A DNA stretch of 64,000 bases, taken from NCBI GenBank assembly GCA_963776345.1, contig CAVZMH010000016.1, positions 512,001-576,000 of the forward strand. The letters are read 5' to 3'. This document shows positions 1 to 9,695 of the stretch, piece after piece; position 1 is the stretch's first letter; each line of letters starts with the position of its first letter. The DNA comes from an uncultured delta proteobacterium. Lineage in GTDB: Bacteria > Myxococcota > Myxococcia > Myxococcales > Myxococcaceae. A model generated the notes under the pieces. That model was not told the DNA's origin. It searched no databases and worked only from the letters and a program-made list of their open reading frames with translations. Made by a program: the position numbers and the translations under genes.

Positions 1-1071
1 GCCGAGGAGGAGCAGAGCCGCCTCTTCCCCAAGCTGGTCTCGTCCATCTTCCAGGTGGCGGAGGCCGGGGTGGACGACCCCGAGCTCCTCGAGGACATGT
101 TCCTCCAGCTGCTCGACGCGCTGCTGCTACAGGAGGACTTCGCGATCATCAACCAGATCGTCCTCAAGCTCCGGGCGATGGAGGACCGACCGGGGATGAG
201 CGGCATCCGCCAGCTCAAGGACACCTTCGTGGCGAAGATGGGGGACGAGCAGCGGCTGGTCCGGGTGGCGGACGTGCTCCGGACGGCGCGGCCGACGCTC
301 CTCCAGGACATCGGCCGCTATCTCGCCTCGCTCCAGCCCACGACGCTCCCCATCCTCCTGGGCGTGCTGGAGACGCTGGACGCGCCGGAGCACCGGCTGG
401 TGCTCTGCGACGTGATCGCCGAGTTCTGCAAGGTGAACCCGGCCGAGGTCATCCAGCGGCTGTCCTCCGAGCGGCCGATGACGGTGCGGGACATGGTCTA
501 CGTCCTGGAGCGCGCCCAGCTTCCCGACCGGATGCAGCTCTTCGGTCGGGTGCTGAAGCACAAGAACCTCGCCGTGCGGCTGGACGTGATGGGGACCATC
601 GCTCGCGGGCGGAGCGTCGAGTCCCGCCGGCTGATCGCCGGGGCGCTGAGGGACGAGAACGCCCAGGTCCGGGTCCAGGCCGCGCGCCTACTCCCGGAGT
701 ACGACCGCGAGCAGGCCTACCTGAACCTGATCGCGGTGGTGAAGCACAAGGACTTCAAGCACCGGAGCGCCGAGGAGCAGGCGGCGTTCTACACCGCGCT
801 GGGGAGCACCGGGCTCCCGGCCGCGTTCTCGCTGATGACCCAGCTGCTGGCGGAGAAGCCGCAGCTGTGGAACCGGTCGCGGGTGGTGGAGGACAAGCTG
901 CTCGCGGTGCACGGCCTGGCGGGGGTGCAGTCGATCCAGTCGTACAAGGCGTTGCAGGCGGTGGCCGAGGATCGCACCCAGCCGTCCGAGGTGCTGGTGG
1001 CGGCGCGGCGCGCGCTGGCCGAGACGCGGCGGAAGCTCTTCGGAGACGCCGCTCCGCCGGAGGCGAGCTGA
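1..1071 (+). CDS. HEAT-repeat protein (5' truncated by window edge)
   Basis: Frame is open from the window start; helical repeats such as 'LRDENAQVRVQAARLL' and 'LKHKNLAVRLDVMGTI'; its TGA overlaps the next ATG at 1071. Confidence 0.8.
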   Translation, partial: AEEEQSRLFPKLVSSIFQVAEAGVDDPELLEDMFLQLLDALLLQEDFAIINQIVLKLRAMEDRPGMSGIRQLKDTFVAKMGDEQRLVRVADVLRTARPTLLQDIGRYLASLQPTTLPILLGVLETLDAPEHRLVLCDVIAEFCKVNPAEVIQRLSSERPMTVRDMVYVLERAQLPDRMQLFGRVLKHKNLAVRLDVMGTIARGRSVESRRLIAGALRDENAQVRVQAARLLPEYDREQAYLNLIAVVKHKDFKHRSAEEQAAFYTALGSTGLPAAFSLMTQLLAEKPQLWNRSRVVEDKLLAVHGLAGVQSIQSYKALQAVAEDRTQPSEVLVAARRALAETRRKLFGDAAPPEAS

Positions 1072-2381
1072 TGGCCGACAACCTCCGGATCAGCGGCACG
1101 GCCGAGGAGGGGCTCCTGGAGTTCGGCCGGGACCACTCCGAGAAGCTTCAGCAGCTGTCGCGCTCGGTGCTCTCCACGCTCTACATGCTGGTGCGCTCGG
1201 CCAAGATGTACGACCCGGACAACGCGGTGTTCGAGCGCCCGCTGATGTCGCTGCAGGACAACCTGAATCTCATCATCTCCCGCGAGGGGCGCTTCGACCT
1301 GGTGGGGATCAAGAGCTCCTTCTACGTCAACAACATGCTGGTCAAGGTCGAGCTGAACGCGGTGGAGAACATCCGCTACCTGCTCGAGGAGATGCGGGCC
1401 AAGGACGTGGGAGGCTTCACCCTGATCAAGCCGGTGCAGACCGCCGAGCTGAAGAACTTCGTCTGGATCTTCGCCAAGGAGACCACCGAGACCCCGGAGG
1501 ACGACGGGCTCAGCGGGCGCAAGCTCCTGGCGATCAGGATCTCCCGGTGGAGCAAGCTGCGGGAGAAGCTGGAGAAGGAGAAGCTCGACGACGAGGAGAA
1601 GGTCGACCGCAAGAAGTACGCGATCATCCTCTACGCCCGCGGGGTGTTCTTCATCTCCAGATACCTGGACTCGGTGCGCAAGGGTACGCCGATGGCCGCC
1701 GCGCGGGCGCTGCGCATCGTCCAGGACCTGGTCGACATCTGCTACGACCAGAAGGTGCACTTCCTGGGCATGACCACCATGCGCCAGGAGTCCGAATACC
1801 TGGTCTTCCACCAGGTGAACACCTGCCTGCTGTCGATCGTGTTCGGGGTGGAGCTGGGGCTGACCAAGGCGCAGCTCCGCGACCTCGGCTTCATCGCCCT
1901 CTTCCACGACGCGGGGATGGCGACGATCCCCGACGAGCTGGCCGGGAAGCGCGGCGGGCTGACGCCCGAGGAGCGGACCCTCATCGCCCGGGCGCCGCTG
2001 ATCTCGGTGCGGAACGTGCTGTTGGAGAAGGGCTTCACCCGGACCACGCTGCACCGGGTGGTGACCACGCTGGAGTACAAGAGCGACTTCGGCACCGCGG
2101 TACGCGACGCCCGGGGCAACATCCAGATGATCATCCCCAAATCGTCGCTGGGGCTCTACGCGAAGATCATCGCCATCACCGCCGGCTTCGACGCGCTGAC
2201 CAGCAAGCGGCCCTTTCGGGACGCCTACGGCCCCGAGGTGGCGATGATGCTGATGTGGAGCGAGCTCCGGCACAAGTTCGACCCCGAGCTCCTCAAGGTG
2301 TTCATGCGGGTGCTGGCCATCCCGCCGGTGAAGGTGCTCTCGCGGCGGCAGCAGGGAGCGCTCTCGGTGACCGGGCTCTGA
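1071..2381 (+). CDS. HD-GYP-related (degenerate) HD domain protein
   Basis: ATG at 1071 (MADNLRISG); 'YLVFHQVNTC', 'IALFHDAG' and 'FDALTSKRPFRDAY' are HD-GYP-like, but the HHE..DGxGYP motif is absent. Confidence 0.8.
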   Translation: MADNLRISGTAEEGLLEFGRDHSEKLQQLSRSVLSTLYMLVRSAKMYDPDNAVFERPLMSLQDNLNLIISREGRFDLVGIKSSFYVNNMLVKVELNAVENIRYLLEEMRAKDVGGFTLIKPVQTAELKNFVWIFAKETTETPEDDGLSGRKLLAIRISRWSKLREKLEKEKLDDEEKVDRKKYAIILYARGVFFISRYLDSVRKGTPMAAARALRIVQDLVDICYDQKVHFLGMTTMRQESEYLVFHQVNTCLLSIVFGVELGLTKAQLRDLGFIALFHDAGMATIPDELAGKRGGLTPEERTLIARAPLISVRNVLLEKGFTRTTLHRVVTTLEYKSDFGTAVRDARGNIQMIIPKSSLGLYAKIIAITAGFDALTSKRPFRDAYGPEVAMMLMWSELRHKFDPELLKVFMRVLAIPPVKVLSRRQQGALSVTGL

Positions 2382-2420
2382 GCCCCGGGCCGCGAGCAGC
2401 GCACCGCAGCGGTCGAGCCT

Positions 2421-3392
2421 TCACGGCTTCGACAGCGCCTTGCTCGCCTCGCTGAGATCCGCGGGAACCGGCGCCTCGCAACGGACGGGCCGCCCGGTCC
2501 GCGGATGGGGGAACACCAGCCTCCAGGCGTGGAGCCCCTGCCGCCCGAGGCGTGTCTGGACGGCCTTCACCCGCGCGTCGCCCTTGCGTGTCCCGCCGTA
2601 GAGGGCATCCCCGAGCAGCGGGTGTCCGAGCTCGGAGAGGTGGACGCGGATCTGGTGCGTGCGACCGGTCTCCAGCCCGACCTCGAGCAGCGCGGCGCCA
2701 TGGAGCACGGTGCGCACGCGCCAGGTGGTGACCGCGGGCTTCCCGGTCCTCGCGCGGCCGGTGAAGCGCTTTCGATCTCTCGGGTGGCGGCCGTGGAGCG
2801 TCTCCAGCCGTCCCGTCGCGGGCGGATGGCCGTGCACCAGCGCGAGGTAGGTCTTCTCCACCGTGCGCGCCTGGAACGCCCGCTGGAGCGCCTGGAGCGC
2901 GGCGTCGTTCTTGGCGACGACGAGGCAGCCCGAGGTCTCCTTGTCCAGGCGGTGGACGATGCCGGGTCGAAGGACTCCGCCCACGCCCGAGAGCCCCGAG
3001 ACGTGGTGCAGGAGCGCGTTGACCAGGGTGCCTCGGGCGTGGCCGGCGGAGGGATGAACGACGAGCCCCGCGGGCTTGTCGAGGACGAGGAGGTCCCGGT
3101 CCTCGTGGAGGATGGTGAGGGGAAGGTCCTCGGGCTCGGGAACGGCCGGCTCGGGAGGCGGGACCGAGACCTCCAGGGTCTCGCCGCCCTTGAGCCGGAG
3201 CGCGGCGCGGCCCGGCCGCCCGTCGACCAGAACCCGTCCCGCGTCGAGGAGCGCCTGTACCCGCGACCGGCTGAGCTCGCGGAGGCTCGAGGCGACGGCC
3301 CGGTCGAGGCGCTCGCCCCGGAGCGCCGGCCCGGCGGTAAAGCGATGGACCTGCCCGGTGCCTGTCTCGCGCCGCTGTGGCTCGGTGCTCAC
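2421..3392 (-). CDS. rluD: RluA/RluD family 23S rRNA pseudouridine synthase
   Basis: S4 domain 'GERLDRAVA', 'DKPAGLVVHP', catalytic 'HRLDKETSG' and 'TGRTHQIRVH'; likely GTG start at 3392. Confidence 0.9.
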   Translation of the reverse strand: MSTEPQRRETGTGQVHRFTAGPALRGERLDRAVASSLRELSRSRVQALLDAGRVLVDGRPGRAALRLKGGETLEVSVPPPEPAVPEPEDLPLTILHEDRDLLVLDKPAGLVVHPSAGHARGTLVNALLHHVSGLSGVGGVLRPGIVHRLDKETSGCLVVAKNDAALQALQRAFQARTVEKTYLALVHGHPPATGRLETLHGRHPRDRKRFTGRARTGKPAVTTWRVRTVLHGAALLEVGLETGRTHQIRVHLSELGHPLLGDALYGGTRKGDARVKAVQTRLGRQGLHAWRLVFPHPRTGRPVRCEAPVPADLSEASKALSKP

Positions 3393-3448
3393 GGGTCGTG
3401 CCCGAGTGTACGCGCCAACGCACGGCCCAGCGCGGCCGAGGAGCGACG

Positions 3449-3713
3449 TCACCAGAATCTTGGACCGCACATGCGCCTTGCCGCGCACGATGATGTCCAC
3501 CACCGCCCGGTCGAAGAAGTTGGTGGTGGTGTAGACCTCCTGGCTCACCCGGCTCCGGTAGAGGTCCCGCCCCTCGCCGAGCTCCTCCTTGAGCACGTCG
3601 AAGAGGTTGTCCTGCTCGATGCCCTTGATGATCTTCTGCTCGTTGTAGAGCGAGATGTCGGAGGCGATGGCCCGGGCCAGCCGCAGCGCCTTGGTCCGCT
3701 CTTCGTCGGTCAT
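3449..3713 (-). CDS. romX: RomX-like polarity protein (subunit of the RomR/RomX GEF for MglA); an apparent 1-bp insertion near the 3' end fuses it in frame to rluD
   Basis: 'MTDEERTKALRLARAIASDISLYNEQKIIKGIEQDNLF' matches RomX as I recall it; removing one T from AAG ATT CTG GTG A gives K-I-W-stop (TGA at 3449-3451). Confidence 0.75.
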
Positions 3714-3732
3714 CGGTCGGTCCTCTCGGGGC

Positions 3733-4839
3733 TCACGGCGCCCGCGCGTGCGCGCGCTGGGCAGTGAGGAGATAGGTCTTGCTCACCCGCGCCGGATCCA
3801 GCCGGAGCTCGCGGGCCAGGTTCACCAGGATGCCCCGAAGGTACACCGTCGCGGGCAGCCGGTCGTAACGATCGGCCTCCACGTTCTCCAGGTGGATGCG
3901 GGTGATGCGGGTCCGCTCCGCGACCTGCTGGAGCGACAGTCCGTAGGACTCGCGCACCCGACGGAGCATCTCGCCGTTGAACTCGACATCCGGGGGGATG
4001 TCCAGGCGAAGCCGGCTCTCGCGGGACCGGCCCGGGAGCTCGGGTGGACGCTCCGGCGGCGAAGGCGGCTCCGCGTCGGCGGCCGGCGGAGGCGCCCCGG
4101 GCTTGATCCGGAGGCCCAGCGGGGGGGGCAGCCCGGAGGGCGCAGGGTCCGGGCTCGCCACGCTCCCCTCGGGGAGGGTCTCCGCCGCGCGGGGCGCCTC
4201 GGCCTCGACGGCGGCCGGCGCCGCGACGGACTCTCGCTCCGGCTCGGGCGACGGCCTGGCGGCCGGCTGCTCGGTCGGGACGGCCGCAGCCCAGTCGGCG
4301 CTGAGCAGGGGCGCAGGTGCCGCGGACCCGGCGGGCGAGCTCTCCTGGTCGAGCTCCTGGGGCAGAGCCGGCCCGGCGCTCTCCGCCCCTCGCCCGAACG
4401 GCCCGGGCGTCTCGGAGAGCCCGAGCGCGAGCGCCTGCTGTCGCTGCTCGGGCTCCTCCTCCTCCTCCTCCTCCTCGTCCGACCCGGCCTCGAGCTCCAG
4501 CTCCGTCCTCGCGCGGTGCGGACCGGCCTCCAGGGGAGGGAGCGCCTCCTCCTCCTCCTCCTCCTCCTCCTCCTCGTCCCAGAGCGTCGCCGGTCCGAGG
4601 CGTCCGATGGACCGGTCGTAGCTGGCCTTGCGCGCCGGGTCGAGCAGCACCGCGGCGGCCTCGTCCAGCTTCGCCCGGAGGCCCTGCAGCTGGCCCTCGT
4701 CCACCAGCGCGTAGACGGCGAGCGACTCCTGACCGTAGGTCTCGCGCGCCCGCTCCACCGCCGCCCGCAGCTCGTCGAGAGAGGAGGCGGGATCGACCTC
4801 GAGCACGTCGTAGAGGGTGGGCTCCTCGGTCGCGGTCAT
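3733..4839 (-). CDS. J-like N-terminal domain + acidic/Pro-rich linker + RodZ-type HTH protein
   Basis: 'TLYDVLEVDPASSLDELRAA...AAAVLLDPARKASYD' is J-like without HPD; C-terminal 'GEMLRRVRESYGLSLQQVAERTRI...LPATVYLRG' is a RodZ-like HTH; ATG overlaps the upstream stop. Confidence 0.8.
   Translation of the reverse strand: MTATEEPTLYDVLEVDPASSLDELRAAVERARETYGQESLAVYALVDEGQLQGLRAKLDEAAAVLLDPARKASYDRSIGRLGPATLWDEEEEEEEEEEALPPLEAGPHRARTELELEAGSDEEEEEEEEPEQRQQALALGLSETPGPFGRGAESAGPALPQELDQESSPAGSAAPAPLLSADWAAAVPTEQPAARPSPEPERESVAAPAAVEAEAPRAAETLPEGSVASPDPAPSGLPPPLGLRIKPGAPPPAADAEPPSPPERPPELPGRSRESRLRLDIPPDVEFNGEMLRRVRESYGLSLQQVAERTRITRIHLENVEADRYDRLPATVYLRGILVNLARELRLDPARVSKTYLLTAQRAHARAP
4453..4575 (-). 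repeat. Two (GAG)n trinucleotide tracts encoding poly-Glu
   Basis: (TCC)n runs on the + strand at ~4453-4476 and ~4546-4575. Confidence 0.9.
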
Positions 4840-5828
4840 CGGCCCGCCGACCTCGGGCGATCGAGCGCAGCGAGCGCCTCGGCGACGGCCACCAGATTCG
4901 AGGCGGCGGCCGATCCCGCCGCGTCCAACAGGAGCGGCCGGCGCTTCCGCACGGTCTGCCAGGCGGCATCGTCGTAGGCGATCGCGCCGAGGTAGTCCAT
5001 GTCCAGCCCGAAGAACTTCTTCCACGCCGCCACCACCGCGCGGCCCACGCTCTGGTCCGCCGCCGATCGCACCTGGTTGACCACCAGCTTGACCCGGAAC
5101 TCGCGCAGCGAGCGCTCGAGCTGGGCGGCCGCGTCCGGATGGGTGCCGGCCACGGTCTTCACCACCTCCGCCGGCGTCCGCATCGCGCTGCCCTGGCTCC
5201 CCAGCGCCGCCTCGGCCAGGTGCGCGACCCCCAGCGCCTGCGCGGTCTGCTGCAGCCGCCGGAACAGCGCCGCCTTCAGGAAGCGGTAGGCGTTCTCCAC
5301 CGACGTCGGCTCGGGCAAGAGGACCAGCACGCCGTGGTCGGCCAGGAGGAAGAAGTCGATGGTGTGAAGCGAGGTACCGGCGCCGAGGTCCAGCACCAGG
5401 TAGTCGGTGTCCAGCGTCTGGAGCTGCTCGACCAGCCGTGCCCGCGCCTGCGCCCGGGGGTTCGCCGCGTCGAGCGCGTCCAGCGCGCCCGAGACGAGGC
5501 TCAGGTTCTCGATCCCGGTGGGCGCGGCCAGCGTGTCGATGCGCGTGCCCCGGGTCACGACGTCGGAGAGGGTGCCCTGCGGCTGGGTGATGCCCAGGCA
5601 GGTGTGGAGGTTGGCCCCGCCGAGGTCGACGTCCACCAGCGTCACCCGGTGCCCCGAGCGAGCGAGCGCGATGCCGAGGTTGGCCGAGACCAGCGACTTC
5701 CCGATGCCGCCCTTGCCGCCGCCCACGGCCACGATCCGCCGCGCGCGACGGCCCGCGTGCGCGTCCTCGGCGCGTGGCCGCGACCGGCCCGTCAGCTCCA
5801 CCACGTTGTTGAGGCCGTAGCGCTTCAC
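4836..5828 (-). CDS. MinD/FlhG/ParA-family SIMIBI ATPase
   Basis: Deviant Walker A 'GGKGGIGKS', 'DVDLGGANL', 'LDLGAG', 'PEPTSVENAY'. Confidence 0.9.
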   Translation of the reverse strand: MKRYGLNNVVELTGRSRPRAEDAHAGRRARRIVAVGGGKGGIGKSLVSANLGIALARSGHRVTLVDVDLGGANLHTCLGITQPQGTLSDVVTRGTRIDTLAAPTGIENLSLVSGALDALDAANPRAQARARLVEQLQTLDTDYLVLDLGAGTSLHTIDFFLLADHGVLVLLPEPTSVENAYRFLKAALFRRLQQTAQALGVAHLAEAALGSQGSAMRTPAEVVKTVAGTHPDAAAQLERSLREFRVKLVVNQVRSAADQSVGRAVVAAWKKFFGLDMDYLGAIAYDDAAWQTVRKRRPLLLDAAGSAAASNLVAVAEALAALDRPRSAGR

Positions 5829-5873
5829 GTTCGGCGACGTCGCCCGGGGGCGGATTCTAGTGGACGGTGCGGC

Positions 5874-7265
5874 CTACACGCCAGGAAGTGGCTCGCGGGC
5901 CGCGGCCACTGCCGCCGAGAGCCGGCCGAGGTCCGCGTCCTCGATGCACCGGACGTCCAGCACCAGACGTCCGTCCTCGATGCGTCCGAGCACCGACGGC
6001 TCTCCGGTGCGCAGCCGGGCGGCCAGCGTCTCGGCGTCCCCCTCGAGCACGCAGGCCCAGGACGGCGGACGGGCCAGGGGGAGTGTGCCTCCACCTACCT
6101 GTCCCTCCACGTGCACCACCCGGGCGGTCACCCCGGCGTCGGCCAAGAGCCCGCGGAGCGCGTCCGCCCGGTCCCGCAGCACCGGCTCCGGGGCGAGCGC
6201 CAGCGCCCGTGCCGGGACCTCGTCTCCCCGGCCGTCCTGGTACATCTTGAGCGTCGCCTCGAGCGCGGCCACGGTGAGCTTGTCCACCCGGAGCGCCCGC
6301 GCGAGCGGGTGGGCCCGGAGCCGGGACAGCCAGAACGCCCGGCCGACGACGATGCCCGCCTGCGGCCCGCCGAGGAGCTTGTCGCCCGAGAAGCACACCA
6401 AATCTGCGCCGGCCTCGACGTGGCTCCGCATGGTGGGCTCGGAGGCGGCCCCGGGGACGTCGAGCGGCGCCAGCAGCCCGCTGCCCGCATCGACGAACAG
6501 GGGCACGCCCCGAGGCTGGCACAGCCGGGCCAGCTCCTCCACCGAGGCCTCCTCGGTGAAGCCCACCAGCGCGAAGTTCGAGCGGTGCACCTTGGCGACC
6601 AGCGCGGTGGCCGGCGACAGCGCCCGCTCGTAGTCGGCGCGCCGGGTGCGGTTGGTGGTCCCGACCTCGACCAGCGTCGCGTGCGACTGCCGCATCACGT
6701 CGGGGACGCGGAACCCGCCGCCGATCTCCACCAGCTCCCCGCGCGAGATCACCACCTCGCGGCCCTCGGCGAGCGCGGTGAGCACCAGCAGCGTGGCCGC
6801 CGCGCAGTTGTTCACCACCATGGCGTCCTCCGCCCCGGTCAGCGCCCGGAGCGGCCCGAGCAGCGGGGCGAACCGCGTGCCGCGCTCGCCGGTTTCCAGG
6901 TCCAGCTCGAGATTGGAGTACCCGCGGGCCACCGCCTCCGCCCGGGCCAGCGCCGCGGGCGCGAGCGGCGCCCGGCCGAGGTTGGTGTGCAGCACCACCC
7001 CGGTGGCGTTGAGCACCGGCCGCAACCCCGGGGTGTCGAGGGCCACCAGCACCGGCCCGAGCGCGTCGGAGGAGAAGCTGGCCGGCTCCCCCTCGAGGAT
7101 GCGGTCCCGCAGCACCCCCAGGAGCCGGCGGATGGCCTCGACGACGCGAGGACGGGGGTGGATCTGCAGCGCGACCCGGCCCGCCTCGGACACCAGCACC
7201 GACTCGACCGAGGGCAGCGCCCGGAGCCGCTCCCGGGTGGCCGCCGACAGCGCGCCCTCGCTCAT
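5874..7265 (-). CDS. selA: L-seryl-tRNA(Sec) selenium transferase
   Basis: 'NATGVVLHTNLGRAPL', 'SRGELVEIGGGFR', 'EVGTTNRT' and PLP-lysine motif 'FSGDKLLGGPQAG'; ATG overlaps the slt stop. Confidence 0.95.
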   Translation of the reverse strand: MSEGALSAATRERLRALPSVESVLVSEAGRVALQIHPRPRVVEAIRRLLGVLRDRILEGEPASFSSDALGPVLVALDTPGLRPVLNATGVVLHTNLGRAPLAPAALARAEAVARGYSNLELDLETGERGTRFAPLLGPLRALTGAEDAMVVNNCAAATLLVLTALAEGREVVISRGELVEIGGGFRVPDVMRQSHATLVEVGTTNRTRRADYERALSPATALVAKVHRSNFALVGFTEEASVEELARLCQPRGVPLFVDAGSGLLAPLDVPGAASEPTMRSHVEAGADLVCFSGDKLLGGPQAGIVVGRAFWLSRLRAHPLARALRVDKLTVAALEATLKMYQDGRGDEVPARALALAPEPVLRDRADALRGLLADAGVTARVVHVEGQVGGGTLPLARPPSWACVLEGDAETLAARLRTGEPSVLGRIEDGRLVLDVRCIEDADLGRLSAAVAAAREPLPGV

Positions 7266-9595
7266 CGCTCGCGCTCCGCCCTGGGCGCGGCGGCCGCCGG
7301 CCTCGCCACGCCCGGCAGCGGGCGCCCGCCGAGCAGCCGGTAGGTGTTCCAGCTCCGGAGCACCCGCTTCACGTAGCCCCTCGTCTCCGACAGAGGAATC
7401 TCCTCCACCCACCGGTCGAGCTCGAAGTCCGGCCGTGCCGCACGCCAGCGGCTCACCGCCCCCTCCCCGGCGTTGTAGCCCGCCAGGGCCAGGGCCACGT
7501 TGCCGTCGAAGGTCTTGAGGAGGCGCGCGAGGTAGGCCGCCCCGAGCTGGATGTTCAGCGCCGGAGCCTGGAGCTGCTCGGCATTCGGCGCCCGGAGGCG
7601 CAGCGCCCGGGCCATCTCCCGCGCGGTGGGGAGCATGAGCTGGGTCAGGCCCACCGCCCCGGCCCACGACAGGGCCCGCGGGTCCAGCGCGCTCTCCTCG
7701 CGCATCAGCGCCTGAAGCAGCTCGGGCTCCACCGGCGAGCCGCGGGTGTACCGCACCACCAGATCGCGGAACGCGTCGGGGTAGGCGATGCTCCACAGGT
7801 CGCGCGATCCCGGGACCACCGGACCGCTGAGGTCCCGCCGCAGCGCCAGCCGGGCGACCCCGTGCGCCGAGCGGGCGTCACCGGTGCGCGCGAGCGCCTC
7901 GACCAGGAGCCGCTGCGCCTGGGGCGGCTGCCCGGCACGGCGCGCGGCGAGCAGCTCGGACGAGGCGGCGTCGTCGAAGCCGAGGCGGAGGAGCTCCACC
8001 CCGGCGAGGAAGTGCCGATCGTCGAGCAGCGTGCCCGAGTCGAGGTCGGTGGGGGGAGGCCCTGACGGCAGCGGAGCGAGCTGGCTGCCGACCCGGGAGG
8101 CCCGCGCTGGATCGCGCTCCGCGAGGCGCTCCCGGGCCATGAGCCCGTAGTAGGTGCCGGGGTGCTCGAGCGCGAGCGCCTCCCAGAGCCCGAGCGCCTC
8201 CGCGGTGCGCTTCTGCTGGTCGAGCACGCGGCCCCGCCAGTACCGCGCGCGCTCGACGTCGTAGCTCTCCTCGGCCGAGCTCCGGGCCTTCTCCAGCGCC
8301 TCGAGGGCGGCCAGCGCCCCCGCCTCGTCGCCCGAGCGGTGCCGGAGCCAGAACGCCTTGAACAGCGCCTCGCCCAGCTGGTCCCCCTCGGGGTAGCGCT
8401 CGGCGATGCGGTCCAGCCGCGACAGGGCCTGCTGGAGCTTGCCGTCCTGGGCGAGGAGATCCGCAGCCACGAAGAGCGCGTCGTCGGCCAGCGGATTCTC
8501 GGGGAACTCCTTCGCCAGGCCGTCGAACGTCTTCACCGCGGCGGGCGGCGAGACCACCGCCTGCGACGTCCCGAGCAGGTACAGGGCGCGGACCCGGAGG
8601 TCCGGGTCGGTGCAGCCGCGCACCACCGGGGAGAGCACCTCCTCCACCTCGGAGTGGCGCCGCTCCTTGCGCAGCGCGCGGCCCTCCACCAGGCGCGCCC
8701 GGCAGGCCAGCGGATCCGGGATGCGGAGCCGGGGGAGCACCGGCCGCAGCACGTCGAGGCCCTGGCGGTTCCTGTGCAGCTCGACCAGCGCCTCGGCCCG
8801 GGCGACCGCCGCCGGGACGGTGAGGCCGGACTTCCCGAGCCGGCGCTCTGCCTGGGCGGCGAGCGGAGACCGGGGGTGGTTGCTCCAGAGGGCGAGAAGC
8901 GCCTGCCGCTCGGCCTCGACGTCCCGCCGCGCCCGGGAGAGGTCGGCCTGGGTGACCAGCGCCTCGGCCGCCACGTCCCGTCCCCACAGCGGGGAACCGC
9001 CACGGGCGAGCGGCTGGAGCGTCTCGACCGCCGCCGACAGCTCTCCCTGCCGCCGGAGGATGCGGGCCAGCCCGAAGCGCGCGTCCGGGTAGACGCGCGA
9101 GGTGGGGGGAACGACGGCGAAGAGGCGGCCGGCCGCGTCCAGCTCGCCGAGCTCCTCGCGGGCGAGCGCGGCCTGGAGCCGGCACCGGTCGCCGATGGCG
9201 GGCAGCTCGGTGGCGAGCGCCTCCAGCTCCGCCGCAGGGGCGGCCGCCGGACGTACCCTCAGCTGGGCGAGCGCACGCAGGTAACGGACCTGGGGCGTGT
9301 CCTCGGCCTTCCCGAGGAGCTGCACCGTGCGCTCGTACCGCCCCGCCTCGAACTCGGCGCGGGGGGCGGCCAGCTCGCCGGTGAACACCGGGTCCAGCAT
9401 CCGGAGATCCACCCGCCGGCCGGCCGGAACGGGCGGGGCGGCGGGCGGCGGACCTGAGGGAAAGGCCGGATTCCAGACCTCGCCCACGTCGTCCGGGACG
9501 AGCCCCCGCTCCACGTCCGGGGCGGGGTCGGTGGCGGCGGCCGACGAGGGGTCGGGCGGGGCGGCGAGAAGGAGGGCGACGAGCGGAAGGAGCAC
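7262..9595 (-). CDS. Soluble lytic transglycosylase with TPR repeats
   Basis: SLT motifs 'ALMREES', 'GAVGLTQLM', 'AGYNAGEG', 'ETRGYVKRV'; N-terminal signal and TPR-like helices; start approximate. Confidence 0.9.
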   Translation of the reverse strand: MLLPLVALLLAAPPDPSSAAATDPAPDVERGLVPDDVGEVWNPAFPSGPPPAAPPVPAGRRVDLRMLDPVFTGELAAPRAEFEAGRYERTVQLLGKAEDTPQVRYLRALAQLRVRPAAAPAAELEALATELPAIGDRCRLQAALAREELGELDAAGRLFAVVPPTSRVYPDARFGLARILRRQGELSAAVETLQPLARGGSPLWGRDVAAEALVTQADLSRARRDVEAERQALLALWSNHPRSPLAAQAERRLGKSGLTVPAAVARAEALVELHRNRQGLDVLRPVLPRLRIPDPLACRARLVEGRALRKERRHSEVEEVLSPVVRGCTDPDLRVRALYLLGTSQAVVSPPAAVKTFDGLAKEFPENPLADDALFVAADLLAQDGKLQQALSRLDRIAERYPEGDQLGEALFKAFWLRHRSGDEAGALAALEALEKARSSAEESYDVERARYWRGRVLDQQKRTAEALGLWEALALEHPGTYYGLMARERLAERDPARASRVGSQLAPLPSGPPPTDLDSGTLLDDRHFLAGVELLRLGFDDAASSELLAARRAGQPPQAQRLLVEALARTGDARSAHGVARLALRRDLSGPVVPGSRDLWSIAYPDAFRDLVVRYTRGSPVEPELLQALMREESALDPRALSWAGAVGLTQLMLPTAREMARALRLRAPNAEQLQAPALNIQLGAAYLARLLKTFDGNVALALAGYNAGEGAVSRWRAARPDFELDRWVEEIPLSETRGYVKRVLRSWNTYRLLGGRPLPGVARPAAAAPRAERER

Positions 9596-9695
9596 GGCGG
9601 AGCAGGCGAGACCCCGGGGAGTGTGAAGGCTCCGCCCACCGGGCGCAACCATCCGTCCCTCTCGGGATTAGACTCCCAGGTCCCAGGTTCGCCCG

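Noticed and set aside
5874..7265. Selenoprotein or tRNA-Sec near selA
   Set aside because: The redox and sulfur genes I checked (bcp, tusA, DsrE-like) use Cys with no in-frame TGA; no selB, selC or selD seen in the window.
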